64,000 nucleotides of DNA from Candidatus Saccharimonadales bacterium (GTDB lineage Bacteria; Patescibacteriota; Saccharimonadia; UBA4664; SCTI01): the NCBI GenBank assembly GCA_035479795.1, contig DATIII010000001.1, positions 7,087-71,086 of the forward strand, given 5' to 3'. The notes below the pieces were generated by a model. It saw nothing but the letters and a program-made list of their open reading frames with translations, was not told where the DNA came from and did not search any database. This document shows, one piece after another, positions 39,830 through 49,128 of this stretch. The stretch's first letter is position 1. Every line of letters starts with the position of its first letter. Position numbers and translations under genes: made by a program.

Positions 39830-40008
39830 TAGTCGTCCCCTTGCTCGATTTGCAGAAGTTTGGCTGTCGAATTACGCTCGGTAAGTCCACCTCACCATAA
39901 GCACTTTCATTATGCTCCCGCTTATTGATAAGCTCAAGCTTTATAATTGCGGTTTGCCCCGCCACTTGAGCGGGGCCGGTAGCGACCTGACGGTCGAAAC
40001 CTAGTTGG

Positions 40009-40143
40009 CTACTTCTTCGGGACCTTGCCGTCCTTGCACTCCGGGTTGGAGCAGGAATTTGGGCCACCAGGGCCAAGCATGCTATGCCGACGGCCAGTGC
40101 CGTTGCAGGTCGGGCACTTCTCAGTTTCTTGAGTGAAGCCCAT
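40009..40143 (-). CDS. 44-aa zinc-finger microprotein (not in ORF track)
   Basis: MGFTQETEKCPTCNGTGRRHSMLGPGGPNSCSNPECKDGKVPKK; DnaJ-type CxxCxGxG. Confidence 0.6.
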   Translation of the reverse strand: MGFTQETEKCPTCNGTGRRHSMLGPGGPNSCSNPECKDGKVPKK

Positions 40144-40148
40144 GGTGC

Positions 40149-40316
40149 CTACTTCTTGCTCGAAGGGGTGGGTGTCGGCAGCTGCTGCTTAGCCGCCTTG
40201 AGAGCACGATCGCCTTCTGTCTTGAGATGGCGAATAAACCGACGTACGGTCTCCTCGCCTGGCCGGCCGAGGCCGCTGGCCGGAGAGACCGGCACCCGCT
40301 TTTTCACCGCGGTCAC
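40149..40316 (-). CDS. 55-aa basic microprotein, GTG start coupled to a 15-aa upstream ORF (40313-40360)
   Basis: GTGA stop/start overlap; upstream ORF MKTDGFRRFYTYPAP has GAGGA SD. Confidence 0.4.
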   Translation of the reverse strand: MTAVKKRVPVSPASGLGRPGEETVRRFIRHLKTEGDRALKAAKQQLPTPTPSSKK

Positions 40317-40489
40317 GGTGCTGGATAGGTGTAGAAACGGCGAAAACCATCGGTCTTCATTGCAGTCCTCTCGTCCTTCGGGTTTGAAACCGACCGTCCA
40401 TTTATACGCGAGTCGGCCCTTTCTTGCAAGTCGCCATGAAGCCGCAAAGAAGGCTGCCAAAATAGCAAATTATTGGCAGATTGCTAAAA

Positions 40490-40789
40490 TTATGAGTTCA
40501 GACGATCAACATACTCCATGCCAGCGCGAGCCAGATCCAGCCAATCTTCGGCATGCTCGGGGCTAACCTGCACCCATTGTTTCATCGGTCGACCAGCCAT
40601 TGGCTCGAACAAGTGACTGTCCTCCAGCGCCATGGCGCGAGCGTGATCCGGCTCGTCGAGCTTGATCACAATGTCGTCGTGATAATCGACAGCAAAGCCC
40701 TTGCCGCTCACCATTAAGCAGCGATGGCCAAACATTTTACGAGCGGTGGCACCTTCGGCCTCCAGAGTCTGGGCAACTTCCTCGAACAT
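40490..40789 (-). CDS. TfoX N-terminal-like protein
   Basis: KMFG..L.V.GK.F, FEPMAGRPMKQWV. Confidence 0.75.
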   Translation of the reverse strand: MFEEVAQTLEAEGATARKMFGHRCLMVSGKGFAVDYHDDIVIKLDEPDHARAMALEDSHLFEPMAGRPMKQWVQVSPEHAEDWLDLARAGMEYVDRLNS

Positions 40790-41184
40790 TAAAGCGCTCC
40801 GGGGGGTCGATTGTAGCCCGACGGGCCGGGATGCGGCTCCAGGTGCAGGGCTACCACTGGGTGAGATCCAACAGCTTCGGCACCCACATGAGCGCCGTGA
40901 ATACCGCGAAAGTTATTAGCCAGCTGGATTTTATCGCGAGCCGACAGGTTAGAATGCTGGATACTCGAAACGGCCGAGGCAATGTCCGGGTGATCCATTT
41001 TAGCCACCACCCGAAACTTCTGCCGGTCCATAAAGGTGTTGTGGCCGCTCATGTGAACGAGGTCACCAACATTAATGCTTTGATGATGGGCATCGGCCAG
41101 TCGCAGCGCGGTAAAGCCCTTGGCATGAGGCACGCCATGGAGCATGACATCATAGGGCTGATGCGAAAGGGTGTGAGGCTGCAT
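40789..41184 (-). CDS. His-rich ASCH/PUA-like protein
   Basis: LRLAD...INVGDLV pattern; operonic overlap with neighbours. Confidence 0.5.
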   Translation of the reverse strand: MQPHTLSHQPYDVMLHGVPHAKGFTALRLADAHHQSINVGDLVHMSGHNTFMDRQKFRVVAKMDHPDIASAVSSIQHSNLSARDKIQLANNFRGIHGAHVGAEAVGSHPVVALHLEPHPGPSGYNRPPGAL

Positions 41185-41969
41185 TAGCGACCCCTGCGCC
41201 AGCTAAAATTTTTCAGCGCCACTCCCGTCGGTACAAACCGCAGGAGGCCAATGCGCCACTTATTTTTACCCCCGGCTATAACAACCCTCCGGCCGGCCAT
41301 CATGGCGCCATATCCTTCCTTGGCTACTTCATGGGCCGACATGGCCCGGGCATTGAACTTAGCGACATTAACACCGGCCGAGGCGGCCCAATGAGTCACC
41401 GTTGGGCCTGGGCACAGTGCCGTGACAATTACGCCGCTGCCCTTTAATTCTTGATGAATCGCCTGTGAAAATGACAGCACGTAAGCTTTGGTGGCGTGGT
41501 AAACCGCCATAAATGGGCCCGGTGCAAAGGCCGCTGTCGAGGCTACATTGAGCACCCGACCATTGCCGCGCTTAACCATGCCTGATACAACCAGCGCGGT
41601 CAGTTCGGTTAGCACAGCCGCATTAACCTGAATCATGTCCAGGCCACGCTTAATATCGGCATCGGCAATGGCCTCGCGATGGCCGAATCCGGCATTGTTT
41701 ATTAATATCTCGAGCTCAATTTTGTTATCCTCAAGCTCCTGCATAATCTTGGCCGCTGCCCCCTTTTTGGCCAAATCCTGCTCGATTGAGAGAACATTGA
41801 TGTTATAAACGTGCCTTAAATCCGCAGCAATAGCGCCTAGCCGCTCATGACTGCGCGCCACCAACACCAGATCATGACCGTGCTCAGCGCAGATGGTCGC
41901 TAGCTCCAGACCGATGCCCCCGGAGGCCCCGGTAATTAATGCGGTTTTGTTCCAACCCCGACTCGTCAT
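41184..41969 (-). CDS. Short-chain dehydrogenase/reductase
   Basis: TGASGGIG, NNAG, YHATK. Confidence 0.93.
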   Translation of the reverse strand: MTSRGWNKTALITGASGGIGLELATICAEHGHDLVLVARSHERLGAIAADLRHVYNINVLSIEQDLAKKGAAAKIMQELEDNKIELEILINNAGFGHREAIADADIKRGLDMIQVNAAVLTELTALVVSGMVKRGNGRVLNVASTAAFAPGPFMAVYHATKAYVLSFSQAIHQELKGSGVIVTALCPGPTVTHWAASAGVNVAKFNARAMSAHEVAKEGYGAMMAGRRVVIAGGKNKWRIGLLRFVPTGVALKNFSWRRGR

Positions 41970-42049
41970 AAGAGCAGTTTACAGCTAACGGCAGGCAGTT
42001 TACAGTTTTTGAATCTGTCAGCTGTATACTGTAGGCTGTCGGTCTTTAT

Positions 42050-42139
42050 GGAGAGGTGGCCGAGTGGTCGAAGGCGCACGCTTGGAAAGCGTGTATACGG
42101 GAAACCGTATCCAGGGTTCGAATCCCTGTCTCTCCGCCA
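42050..42139 (+). tRNA. tRNA-Ser(GGA)
   Basis: Cloverleaf with long variable arm, anticodon loop TTGGAAA, encoded CCA. Confidence 0.95.
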
Positions 42140-42200
42140 AATACAGCTAGTTCGAACCGCCAGATTGTAAACGGTCTAGTATTCGCTGTAAACTTGAGCT

Positions 42201-42965
42201 ATGGCCTTAATAGAGCTAAAAAACATAAGCAAGGTTTTTAAAACCGGCGACAGCCAAACGGTCGCCTTGCGTAATGTTGATCTAGAGATAAATAGCGGCG
42301 AGTTTATTGCCATCGTTGGCCCGTCGGGGTCTGGAAAATCAACTCTCATGCACATCCTTGGCCTGCTCGACTCCCCCACCGAGGGGTCGTATAGCCTAAA
42401 CGGCCGCAGTGTCTTGCGGCGTCATGACAGCCAACTGGCCAAACTGCGCCGCTCAGACATCGGCTTTGTATTTCAGTCTTTCAACCTATTGCCACGACTC
42501 TCCGTGATACAAAACGTTATCTTGCCCATGGTATATGCTGGTGTTCCAGCCAGCCAGCGCAAGGGACGAGCCTTTGAATTGCTGACCAAGGTCGGCGTGC
42601 AGCACCGGGCAGCGTATAAAATCAGCCAAATTAGTGGTGGCGAAACCCAACGGGTGGCCGTCGCCCGAGCCCTAGCCAATAACCCAAGTCTCATCCTGGC
42701 CGACGAACCGACGGGTAACCTCGATTCCAAGAGTAGTCAGGCCATTATTGATCTCCTAAAAGCCCTGAATCGCGACGGTAATACCGTAATTATTGTGACG
42801 CACAACCCAGAAATCGCCGAGCAGGCCGATCGAGTGATTGAACTACGTGACGGCGAAATAACCAAGGCCCGGGCGACCGTACCAAAAAGACGAATGCGCG
42901 AACTCGACCCGGAATCGACCCTGCATGGCTCCGGCAAGCGCACTGAACAAAGGAAAAGGCAATGA
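42201..42965 (+). CDS. ABC transporter ATP-binding protein (LolD/MacB-like)
   Basis: GPSGSGKST, ISGGETQR, LADEPTGNLD. Confidence 0.93.
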   Translation: MALIELKNISKVFKTGDSQTVALRNVDLEINSGEFIAIVGPSGSGKSTLMHILGLLDSPTEGSYSLNGRSVLRRHDSQLAKLRRSDIGFVFQSFNLLPRLSVIQNVILPMVYAGVPASQRKGRAFELLTKVGVQHRAAYKISQISGGETQRVAVARALANNPSLILADEPTGNLDSKSSQAIIDLLKALNRDGNTVIIVTHNPEIAEQADRVIELRDGEITKARATVPKRRMRELDPESTLHGSGKRTEQRKRQ

Positions 42966-44191
42966 TGCGAGAAAACGTCAAAATGGCATTCAGATCGATT
43001 GCCGGAGCCAAAATGCGCACCTTCCTGACCATGCTCGGCATGATCATTGGTGTCAGCGCCGTGGTGGCCATTAATTCGATTGGCCAGGGACTAAAGAGCC
43101 AGATTACCGGCCAGGTTAATGATCTTGGGGCTAATTTAATTTTTGTGTTGCCGGGACAGGTCGTATCCACCAATAATGGCAAGCAGAGCTTTAACCCGAC
43201 GGCCAGTATTGGCACATCTACCCTGACGACCAAAGACGTTACCACGATCGAAGATACCAAGGGCGTGCAGAAAACGACCATTCTGTCGCTAATGTCGGGG
43301 GTAGTCGAGCACAGCGGCACCACCGCACCCGGTGCACTGCTGATTGCCACCACAGCTTCATATAACCAGGTAGTGGAGAGCCCGAAAATAGATAAAGGTC
43401 GGTTTCTAAAAAGCAGCGATGACGACGCCTATGTGGCGGTAATCGGTCCCGGCGCTCGCGACACCTTGTTTGGCAAGGACTCAGGTCCGGTAGGCGGCAA
43501 AATCAGCATCCGCGGTAGCGAGTTCGAGGTGGTTGGCGTGCTGGGTTCCAGCGGTAGCAATGGCTCTTCGGTGAGCGGCCCAAGTCTGGACGATGCCATC
43601 TTTGTAAGTGTGGGTGCTGCCCGGAAATTAACCGGCGTCGAACCCTCAATTTTCCGCGTAGGAGTGAAGGCCGATAATCAAGACGATGTCAGCCCCACCG
43701 TCGACCGCATAAAATCAGCGCTTAAAAAGAACCATGGCGGCCAGGAAGACTTTAGTGTATTAACTCAAAAGGACCTACTCTCGACCGTATCGACCATTCT
43801 AAACGCGCTAACCAGTGGCATTGCCGCAATTGCCGCGATTGCGCTACTGGTGGGCGGAATCGGCATCATGAACATCATGCTGGTTTCGGTAACCGAACGA
43901 ACTCGTGAAGTCGGCTTGCGCAAAGCCCTTGGCGCGACTAGTCGGATGGTACTTTCGCAGTTCCTAATCGAAGCCATTGTGCTGAGCGTACTCGGAGGTG
44001 GGCTAGGTGTTGGCCTAGCCTTTATCGGAGGAAATCTGGCAGGGCGACTTATAAAAATCACACCCGTCTTTACCCCGCAAATCATTGCCGTAGCCTTCGG
44101 GATATCAGTGGCCGTTGGCGTCATCTTCGGTATCGCGCCGGCAATAAAAGCCGCCCGCATGCGCCCCATCACCGCCTTGCGTTATGAGTAG
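42962..44191 (+). CDS. ABC transporter permease (MacB/FtsX family)
   Basis: RTFLTMLGMIIG, GGIGIMNIMLVSVTERTREVGLRKALGA. Confidence 0.93.
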   Translation: MMRENVKMAFRSIAGAKMRTFLTMLGMIIGVSAVVAINSIGQGLKSQITGQVNDLGANLIFVLPGQVVSTNNGKQSFNPTASIGTSTLTTKDVTTIEDTKGVQKTTILSLMSGVVEHSGTTAPGALLIATTASYNQVVESPKIDKGRFLKSSDDDAYVAVIGPGARDTLFGKDSGPVGGKISIRGSEFEVVGVLGSSGSNGSSVSGPSLDDAIFVSVGAARKLTGVEPSIFRVGVKADNQDDVSPTVDRIKSALKKNHGGQEDFSVLTQKDLLSTVSTILNALTSGIAAIAAIALLVGGIGIMNIMLVSVTERTREVGLRKALGATSRMVLSQFLIEAIVLSVLGGGLGVGLAFIGGNLAGRLIKITPVFTPQIIAVAFGISVAVGVIFGIAPAIKAARMRPITALRYE

Positions 44192-44822
44192 CCAGAGCGT
44201 CTTACACCCCGATCACAACATGCCTAGGTCGGAGCTGGCTGTCGTCTTTGCCAGGCAGTTAAAGAGGCTCGAGGAGCTCGGCTACACAGCCAAGCTTTCA
44301 CTCGCCCACCACGATGCGCTGATGGGGTTGGAAAAGAAGGTGTTGGCCATCAACCCTTTGGAAGTTGATGAGGCTATGCCCTTCGCAATTGTCATCCCTG
44401 AATCGGTGATACCTCTAACCGCCCAACTAAAATTGGCCGGGGCTTATTCCTTTCTTCCCGCCAATGAAATGCATGACCGGTTCGACGAACCGGAGATTGA
44501 TCAACCCTATCTGATAAAAGATATTTCGGCGGGCAAGGATACTGCTCGCTCGAGCAGTGACAACGCCGTCAAGAAAATCACCTCGGCGGGGCGGCTGCCG
44601 CTCGACATTTACGAGACCTTAGCGGTGATCCTGCACTACTCTGTGATGAATGAGGACATTCGCGGTCTGCACGCGGCCCGCACCATCCACCGACGGGCAG
44701 GTGATGAAGATACGGTAATCGATTTGTATCGCTTTGCGGACTCACTTAAGGTTAAGCGCGACACCGGCGATAAAAATGACCCTCAGTGGGTCACCCCCTC
44801 GTGCAAAGAGCGAGTAATTTAG
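44184..44822 (+). CDS. Hypothetical protein (DUF5701-like)
   Basis: QLKRLEELGY, PFAIVIP, PYLIKDI..G, GRLPL; family assignment tentative. Confidence 0.55.
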   Translation: MSSQSVLHPDHNMPRSELAVVFARQLKRLEELGYTAKLSLAHHDALMGLEKKVLAINPLEVDEAMPFAIVIPESVIPLTAQLKLAGAYSFLPANEMHDRFDEPEIDQPYLIKDISAGKDTARSSSDNAVKKITSAGRLPLDIYETLAVILHYSVMNEDIRGLHAARTIHRRAGDEDTVIDLYRFADSLKVKRDTGDKNDPQWVTPSCKERVI

Positions 44823-45847
44823 CCTAGTTCTTTTTTGAGCTTTTCGATCAGCTCGACGGGTATCGGATCAATCTTGTTCAAGAAGGCTAGGTAGGCGCTG
44901 ATAAAGTCGCCGAGCAGCAAGGTCCAGAGCATCTGCTGCAGCTTGGTTTGCCCATGAGCCTCGACAATAATCGGGGCTGGCATAGTGCCGCTGAGTAATT
45001 TATTAGAAACTTCAAAGCGCTTTTTTACCCGCTCGCCGTCGAGGCTGGATTGCAGCTGGACAACCTGCAGCAGGGTGTCTTTAGGATGGGCCCAGCCAAT
45101 AAATTCATTATGGTTATATTCGGGAACTTGATTCCAGAAGGCCACATTCTTAGCATTCTCATTGATATCAATCTTCCACTTCATGGCTGGGAAGGCCAAG
45201 CTCGGACCGCCGTAAACCACTATCGGGTGGCCCACTAATCGCTTAGCTACTTGCTTGGCGATGTTATCGGCCTCGGGAACGGTCGCAATGAAACTATTTA
45301 TCTCCTCTAGCAGCCATTCGGCATTGGTTTCCAGCTCATCGGTGATGCCATCGACGAGACCGAGATGCTCAATCACCGTAGCCAAGGCCTTAACACTGTA
45401 AAAAACCGCTAGCCGGGGCTGCAGGCCAGTTGGCACCGTCATTAGCGCATGGCCTCGCGACTCAGCCAACTCGCTTAGCTTGCCGCCAGAGGTGATAATT
45501 ATAATATGACTCTTAAACTTCTCGGCCTGGTCTAGGAAGCTCAGTGTTTCTTCGGTGTTGCCCGAGTAGCTCGAAGCAATGATCAAGGTATGTTCGCCCA
45601 CGTAGGCTGGCATGGTGTAATCGCGGACTATTTCAAATGGGATCGGCAGGCGATCCCCAAGCCAGGAGCGAATGAATTCGGCTGCCAGGGCCGAGCCGCC
45701 CATTCCGGCGAGAACAATATTGCGCAAATCGGCTACCACTGGCGCTTCCACCTCAAACTGGTGTCGCAGCTGGTCGGCCTGCCCGGCAATCATTCCAAGG
45801 CCATTAGAACGGTCAAACTGGGCAATGTAGTTGGGTTCGTCTAGCAT
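44819..45847 (-). CDS. Bifunctional phosphoglucose/phosphomannose isomerase
   Basis: GMGGSA, SSYSGNTEET, QPR, NENAK, PEYNHNE. Confidence 0.92.
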   Translation of the reverse strand: MLDEPNYIAQFDRSNGLGMIAGQADQLRHQFEVEAPVVADLRNIVLAGMGGSALAAEFIRSWLGDRLPIPFEIVRDYTMPAYVGEHTLIIASSYSGNTEETLSFLDQAEKFKSHIIIITSGGKLSELAESRGHALMTVPTGLQPRLAVFYSVKALATVIEHLGLVDGITDELETNAEWLLEEINSFIATVPEADNIAKQVAKRLVGHPIVVYGGPSLAFPAMKWKIDINENAKNVAFWNQVPEYNHNEFIGWAHPKDTLLQVVQLQSSLDGERVKKRFEVSNKLLSGTMPAPIIVEAHGQTKLQQMLWTLLLGDFISAYLAFLNKIDPIPVELIEKLKKELG

Positions 45848-46023
45848 CAAAACTCCTTTGCCCTATTGTGCCACAGCTGTCCCAAGGCAACAAAAAAGCC
45901 CTTACGGGCGGTAAAGTTTAAGTTTATGACAAGACGGCAAATGGTTTCCACCAGGCGGGGGCTTAGAAGCCCCCGCTCGGCGGATGTCCGATCCCTCCGG
46001 ATCAGTTTGAGAAGCCCTTTAAG

Positions 46024-46094
46024 CGGCGAGAGTGGGATTCGAACCCACGTCTCCGGCTTGTGGCCGGCATCTTGGTCCACTAGACGAGCCCGCC
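46024..46094 (-). tRNA. tRNA-like element with 5-nt anticodon loop (CACAA), no CCA
   Basis: D arm, GTGGG-TTCGAAT-CCCAC T arm, acceptor stem; CCGGC-CACAA-GCCGG. Confidence 0.6.
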
Positions 46095-46095
46095 A

Positions 46096-46169
46096 AGCGG
46101 CCCGAGGGACTCGAACCCTCGATCCTCCCGATTACGTGTCGGGTGCTCTACCAACTGAGCTAGGGCCGC
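46096..46169 (-). tRNA. tRNA-Thr(CGT)-like with A33, no CCA
   Basis: Perfect GCGGCCC/GGGCCGC acceptor; anticodon loop CACGTAA; T arm GAGGG-TTCGAGT-CCCTC. Confidence 0.7.
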
Positions 46170-47063
46170 GCTGACTAAAAAGTAGCGGCTAGGGCGGGAT
46201 TCGAATCCACTTCGTGAGAAGACCCGCCAGAGTTGGACTGGCCCTCTCCGTCTTACGGGAGCGCTCTCCCACGTGAGCTACAGGCCCCACGAAGTGCATT
46301 ACGTTGCGGCTATGAAGCCGCGAGGACGGATTCGTCGGCCTGTGCTCTTATCGAGCCCGGCGGATCTTGTTGTCCGCGCTACGCCAACGCCTGTCTCATC
46401 CCCGCGGCTTCGCCGCACTACATCAAGGAATCCTGCTATCTTTGGGTACTGCGCCCGCCGGAATTCTCCTGCTCGTCGCCCTCTTCTAAGGAACGACCCT
46501 TTACGCCGTTTTCAGCGGAGAACTTAATCCGACGGGCTTACCTAACGCGAGCAAAGACTCTCCTTCCTCGCATTGGTGGCAGAACGAAGACACGGCCGAA
46601 GCCGGATCTCCTCCTTTCCTTGGTGGTTAAGCTTTGGAGAACGGGAACGATCACCGTAAGTGCTGCTTGGACGGGGCCAAATAGCTCCGCGTCGGCGAGC
46701 GAAGGTAGGTGATCGCGGCCTTAGCCGTTAATCGCGTTCTCGCAGGATAATCCCTTCCTCAGTCAGGACCAGGATCAGCCTCAGTTGACAGGCTCTACCA
46801 CGAAATAGAACCTCGCAACTGAGGCTGAAATGCCATCTTGTCAAAGTAAGTTGCGAACTAGTGCTTATCCAAACTCACAACTTATAGTCGTAAAAACTAC
46901 TCCTTATTGTCAGATATGTCAACAGTTATTGTCTCGGAGGGTAAATTTATCCTTGATTGGTGCCAAGACAAGAAACGAAGATGCCCGCAAGCGAGGCGTA
47001 CAAATAGTACGTCGAGTGCGGACTGCAAGTCGTGACGCCGTATTGCGCCGAGCAGGGATAAAT

Positions 47064-48722
47064 TTAGTACATTCCGCCCATGCCACCCATATCGGGTGTA
47101 CCGCCTACCGGCTTTTCTTCTGGAATATCAACGATCAGCGCACCCATGGTCATGGCCGTACCGGCGATAGAAGCCGCGTTCTGGACGGCCTCACGCGTCA
47201 CCTTGGCCGGATCCACAATGCCTTCGGCCTTAAGATCAATCAACTTTTCTGGGCTATTAACGTCAAAGCCATGGCCGCCAGACTTCGACTCCAGCACCTT
47301 GGGTAGCTTCTCGTCGGGATTAAGTCCGGCATTATTCATCAGCTGCTTAAATGGCTGAACCAAAGCATTCTTTAAAATCAGCTTGCCAGCATCCGCCGAA
47401 TTACTGACCCGCGTCGAATCAATATCGAGCTGCTTCGAAAGATCCACCAGCGTCACGCCACCGCCGGGCACGATCCCTTCGGCCACGGCTGCTTTGGTGG
47501 CTGCTACCGCATCGTCAACCCGGTACTTCTTTTCTTCAATCTCGGTTTCAGTGGCGCCGCCGACTTTAATTACCGCCACTTTGCCAGCCATGGCCGCCAG
47601 ACGCTCATCCAGCTTTTCCTTATCAAATTCACTGCTAGCATTGTCGGCCTGGGCTTTGATTTGCGTCATGCGGGAATCGACTTCGGCCGAGTTGCCACCA
47701 CCTTCAATAATCGTGGCGTCATCCTTCGTGGCAATAATCTTCCTGGCACTACCCAGCATATCCAGGGTGGCGTTTTCAAAGCTGGTACCTTGATCGTCAC
47801 TGATTACGGTCGCGCCGGTTAGAACAGCCAAGTCCTCTAGGATGGCCTTGCGCCGGTCGCCAAAGCTCGGAGCCTTAATGGCCAGGGCGCTAAACACACC
47901 CTTGAGCCGGTTAAGCACCAGGGTGGCCAATGCCTCGCCGTCGACATCCTCGGCAATAATCACCAGCTCTTTCTTGCCGCCCTGCGCCACCTTTTCTAGC
48001 ACCGGCAGAATGTCTTGAATCGAACTAATCTTCTTATCGGTAATCAAAATGGCCGGACTGTCGTAAACCGCCTCCATCCGCGCCGTATCAGTCACCATGT
48101 AGGCCGATACATAGCCCTTATCGAGCTTATAGCCTTCAACCACTTCTTTTTCCAGGCCTAGGGTCTGCGACTGCTCAACAGTCACGCTGCCCTCTTCGCC
48201 CACAGCTTCGATAACATCGGCAATCAAGCTGCCAATTTCAGCATCCCCCGCGGAAACGGTGGCCACCTGGGCAATCTTTTCTTTGTTGCCAGCAATCTTT
48301 TCCGATATGCCACTGATCTTCCCTAATACCTCGGCCGCAGCTGAATCGAGGCCCTTCCTCAAATCCATTGGATTGTGGCCAGCCTCAATCAGCCGATTAG
48401 CCTCATCTAAGATGTGATAAGTCAGCACGGTAGCGGTGGTGGTGCCATCGCCCACGGTGTCGTTGGTCTTCGAAGCCGCTTGCTTGACCAGCTCGGCACC
48501 AACTCCGCGACCCAGGGTGTCATCATCCTTCTTCTGCTCGATATCCACCGCCTTGGCCACGGTTACGCCGTCGTGCGTCACGCTGGGTCCGCCATAGCTT
48601 TTACCAATCACCACATTGCGACCCTTCGGCCCCATCGTGACCTTGACGGCCTCGTATAATTCCCGCGCGCCTTCGAGCACACGCTTGCGGGCTTCACTTT
48701 CGGATACAATTCGTTTTGCCAT
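47064..48722 (-). CDS. groL: Chaperonin GroEL
   Basis: TMGPKGRNV, GDGTTTAT, GGM tail. Confidence 0.98.
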   Translation of the reverse strand: MAKRIVSESEARKRVLEGARELYEAVKVTMGPKGRNVVIGKSYGGPSVTHDGVTVAKAVDIEQKKDDDTLGRGVGAELVKQAASKTNDTVGDGTTTATVLTYHILDEANRLIEAGHNPMDLRKGLDSAAAEVLGKISGISEKIAGNKEKIAQVATVSAGDAEIGSLIADVIEAVGEEGSVTVEQSQTLGLEKEVVEGYKLDKGYVSAYMVTDTARMEAVYDSPAILITDKKISSIQDILPVLEKVAQGGKKELVIIAEDVDGEALATLVLNRLKGVFSALAIKAPSFGDRRKAILEDLAVLTGATVISDDQGTSFENATLDMLGSARKIIATKDDATIIEGGGNSAEVDSRMTQIKAQADNASSEFDKEKLDERLAAMAGKVAVIKVGGATETEIEEKKYRVDDAVAATKAAVAEGIVPGGGVTLVDLSKQLDIDSTRVSNSADAGKLILKNALVQPFKQLMNNAGLNPDEKLPKVLESKSGGHGFDVNSPEKLIDLKAEGIVDPAKVTREAVQNAASIAGTAMTMGALIVDIPEEKPVGGTPDMGGMGGMY

Positions 48723-48731
48723 AAAATACTC

Positions 48732-48992
48732 CTACTTAACGACCGCTAGGACGTCTTCTTCTTTCATAATCATCATTTCATCGCCATCAACTTTGACGTT
48801 GTCAGGCTTGTATTGGCTGTAAACGATCTGATCGCCCACCTTAATTTCCTTAACATCCTTGCCCACTGCCACGACTTCACCAATCTGCGGCTTTTCCTTG
48901 GCGGCATCAGGTACATAAAAACCGGATGATGTTTTAGCCTGGGCTTCTAGGGGTTTGGCCACCAAGCGGTCGGCCAACGGCTGTAGTTTCAT
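48732..48992 (-). CDS. groS: Co-chaperonin GroES
   Basis: LQPLADR, PDAAKEKP, GEVVAVG. Confidence 0.96.
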   Translation of the reverse strand: MKLQPLADRLVAKPLEAQAKTSSGFYVPDAAKEKPQIGEVVAVGKDVKEIKVGDQIVYSQYKPDNVKVDGDEMMIMKEEDVLAVVK

Positions 48993-49018
48993 AATTCCTC
49001 CTTACACTGTGACAAAAT

Positions 49019-49045
49019 TTGGCACTCTCGCGCTTCGACTGCCAA
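49019..49045 (-). promoter_or_regulatory. CIRCE element (HrcA operator)
   Basis: TTGGCAGTC-N9-GAGTGCCAA upstream of groES. Confidence 0.85.
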
Positions 49046-49128
49046 AATATTATTATTTATCAACCAAGCACTGTCAATGTCAGTACGCGCAATCGTAAAA
49101 CGCAACAGAGTCGGTATAATTAATCCCA

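Larger units (their letters stand above)
45892..46890 (-). ncRNA. Putative ~0.95-kb structured non-coding RNA with tRNA-like array
   Basis: Promoter TTGACA-N17-TAGTTT (46894-46922); terminator 45892-45909; 13-bp terminal stem; no credible long ORF; several cloverleaf-like domains. Confidence 0.65.

Noticed and set aside
46233-46712. 159-aa plus-strand ORF
   Set aside because: No recognisable motifs or RBS; antisense to the structured RNA
46186-46730. tmRNA
   Set aside because: No Ala G3.U70 acceptor, no CCA and no tag-like reading frame
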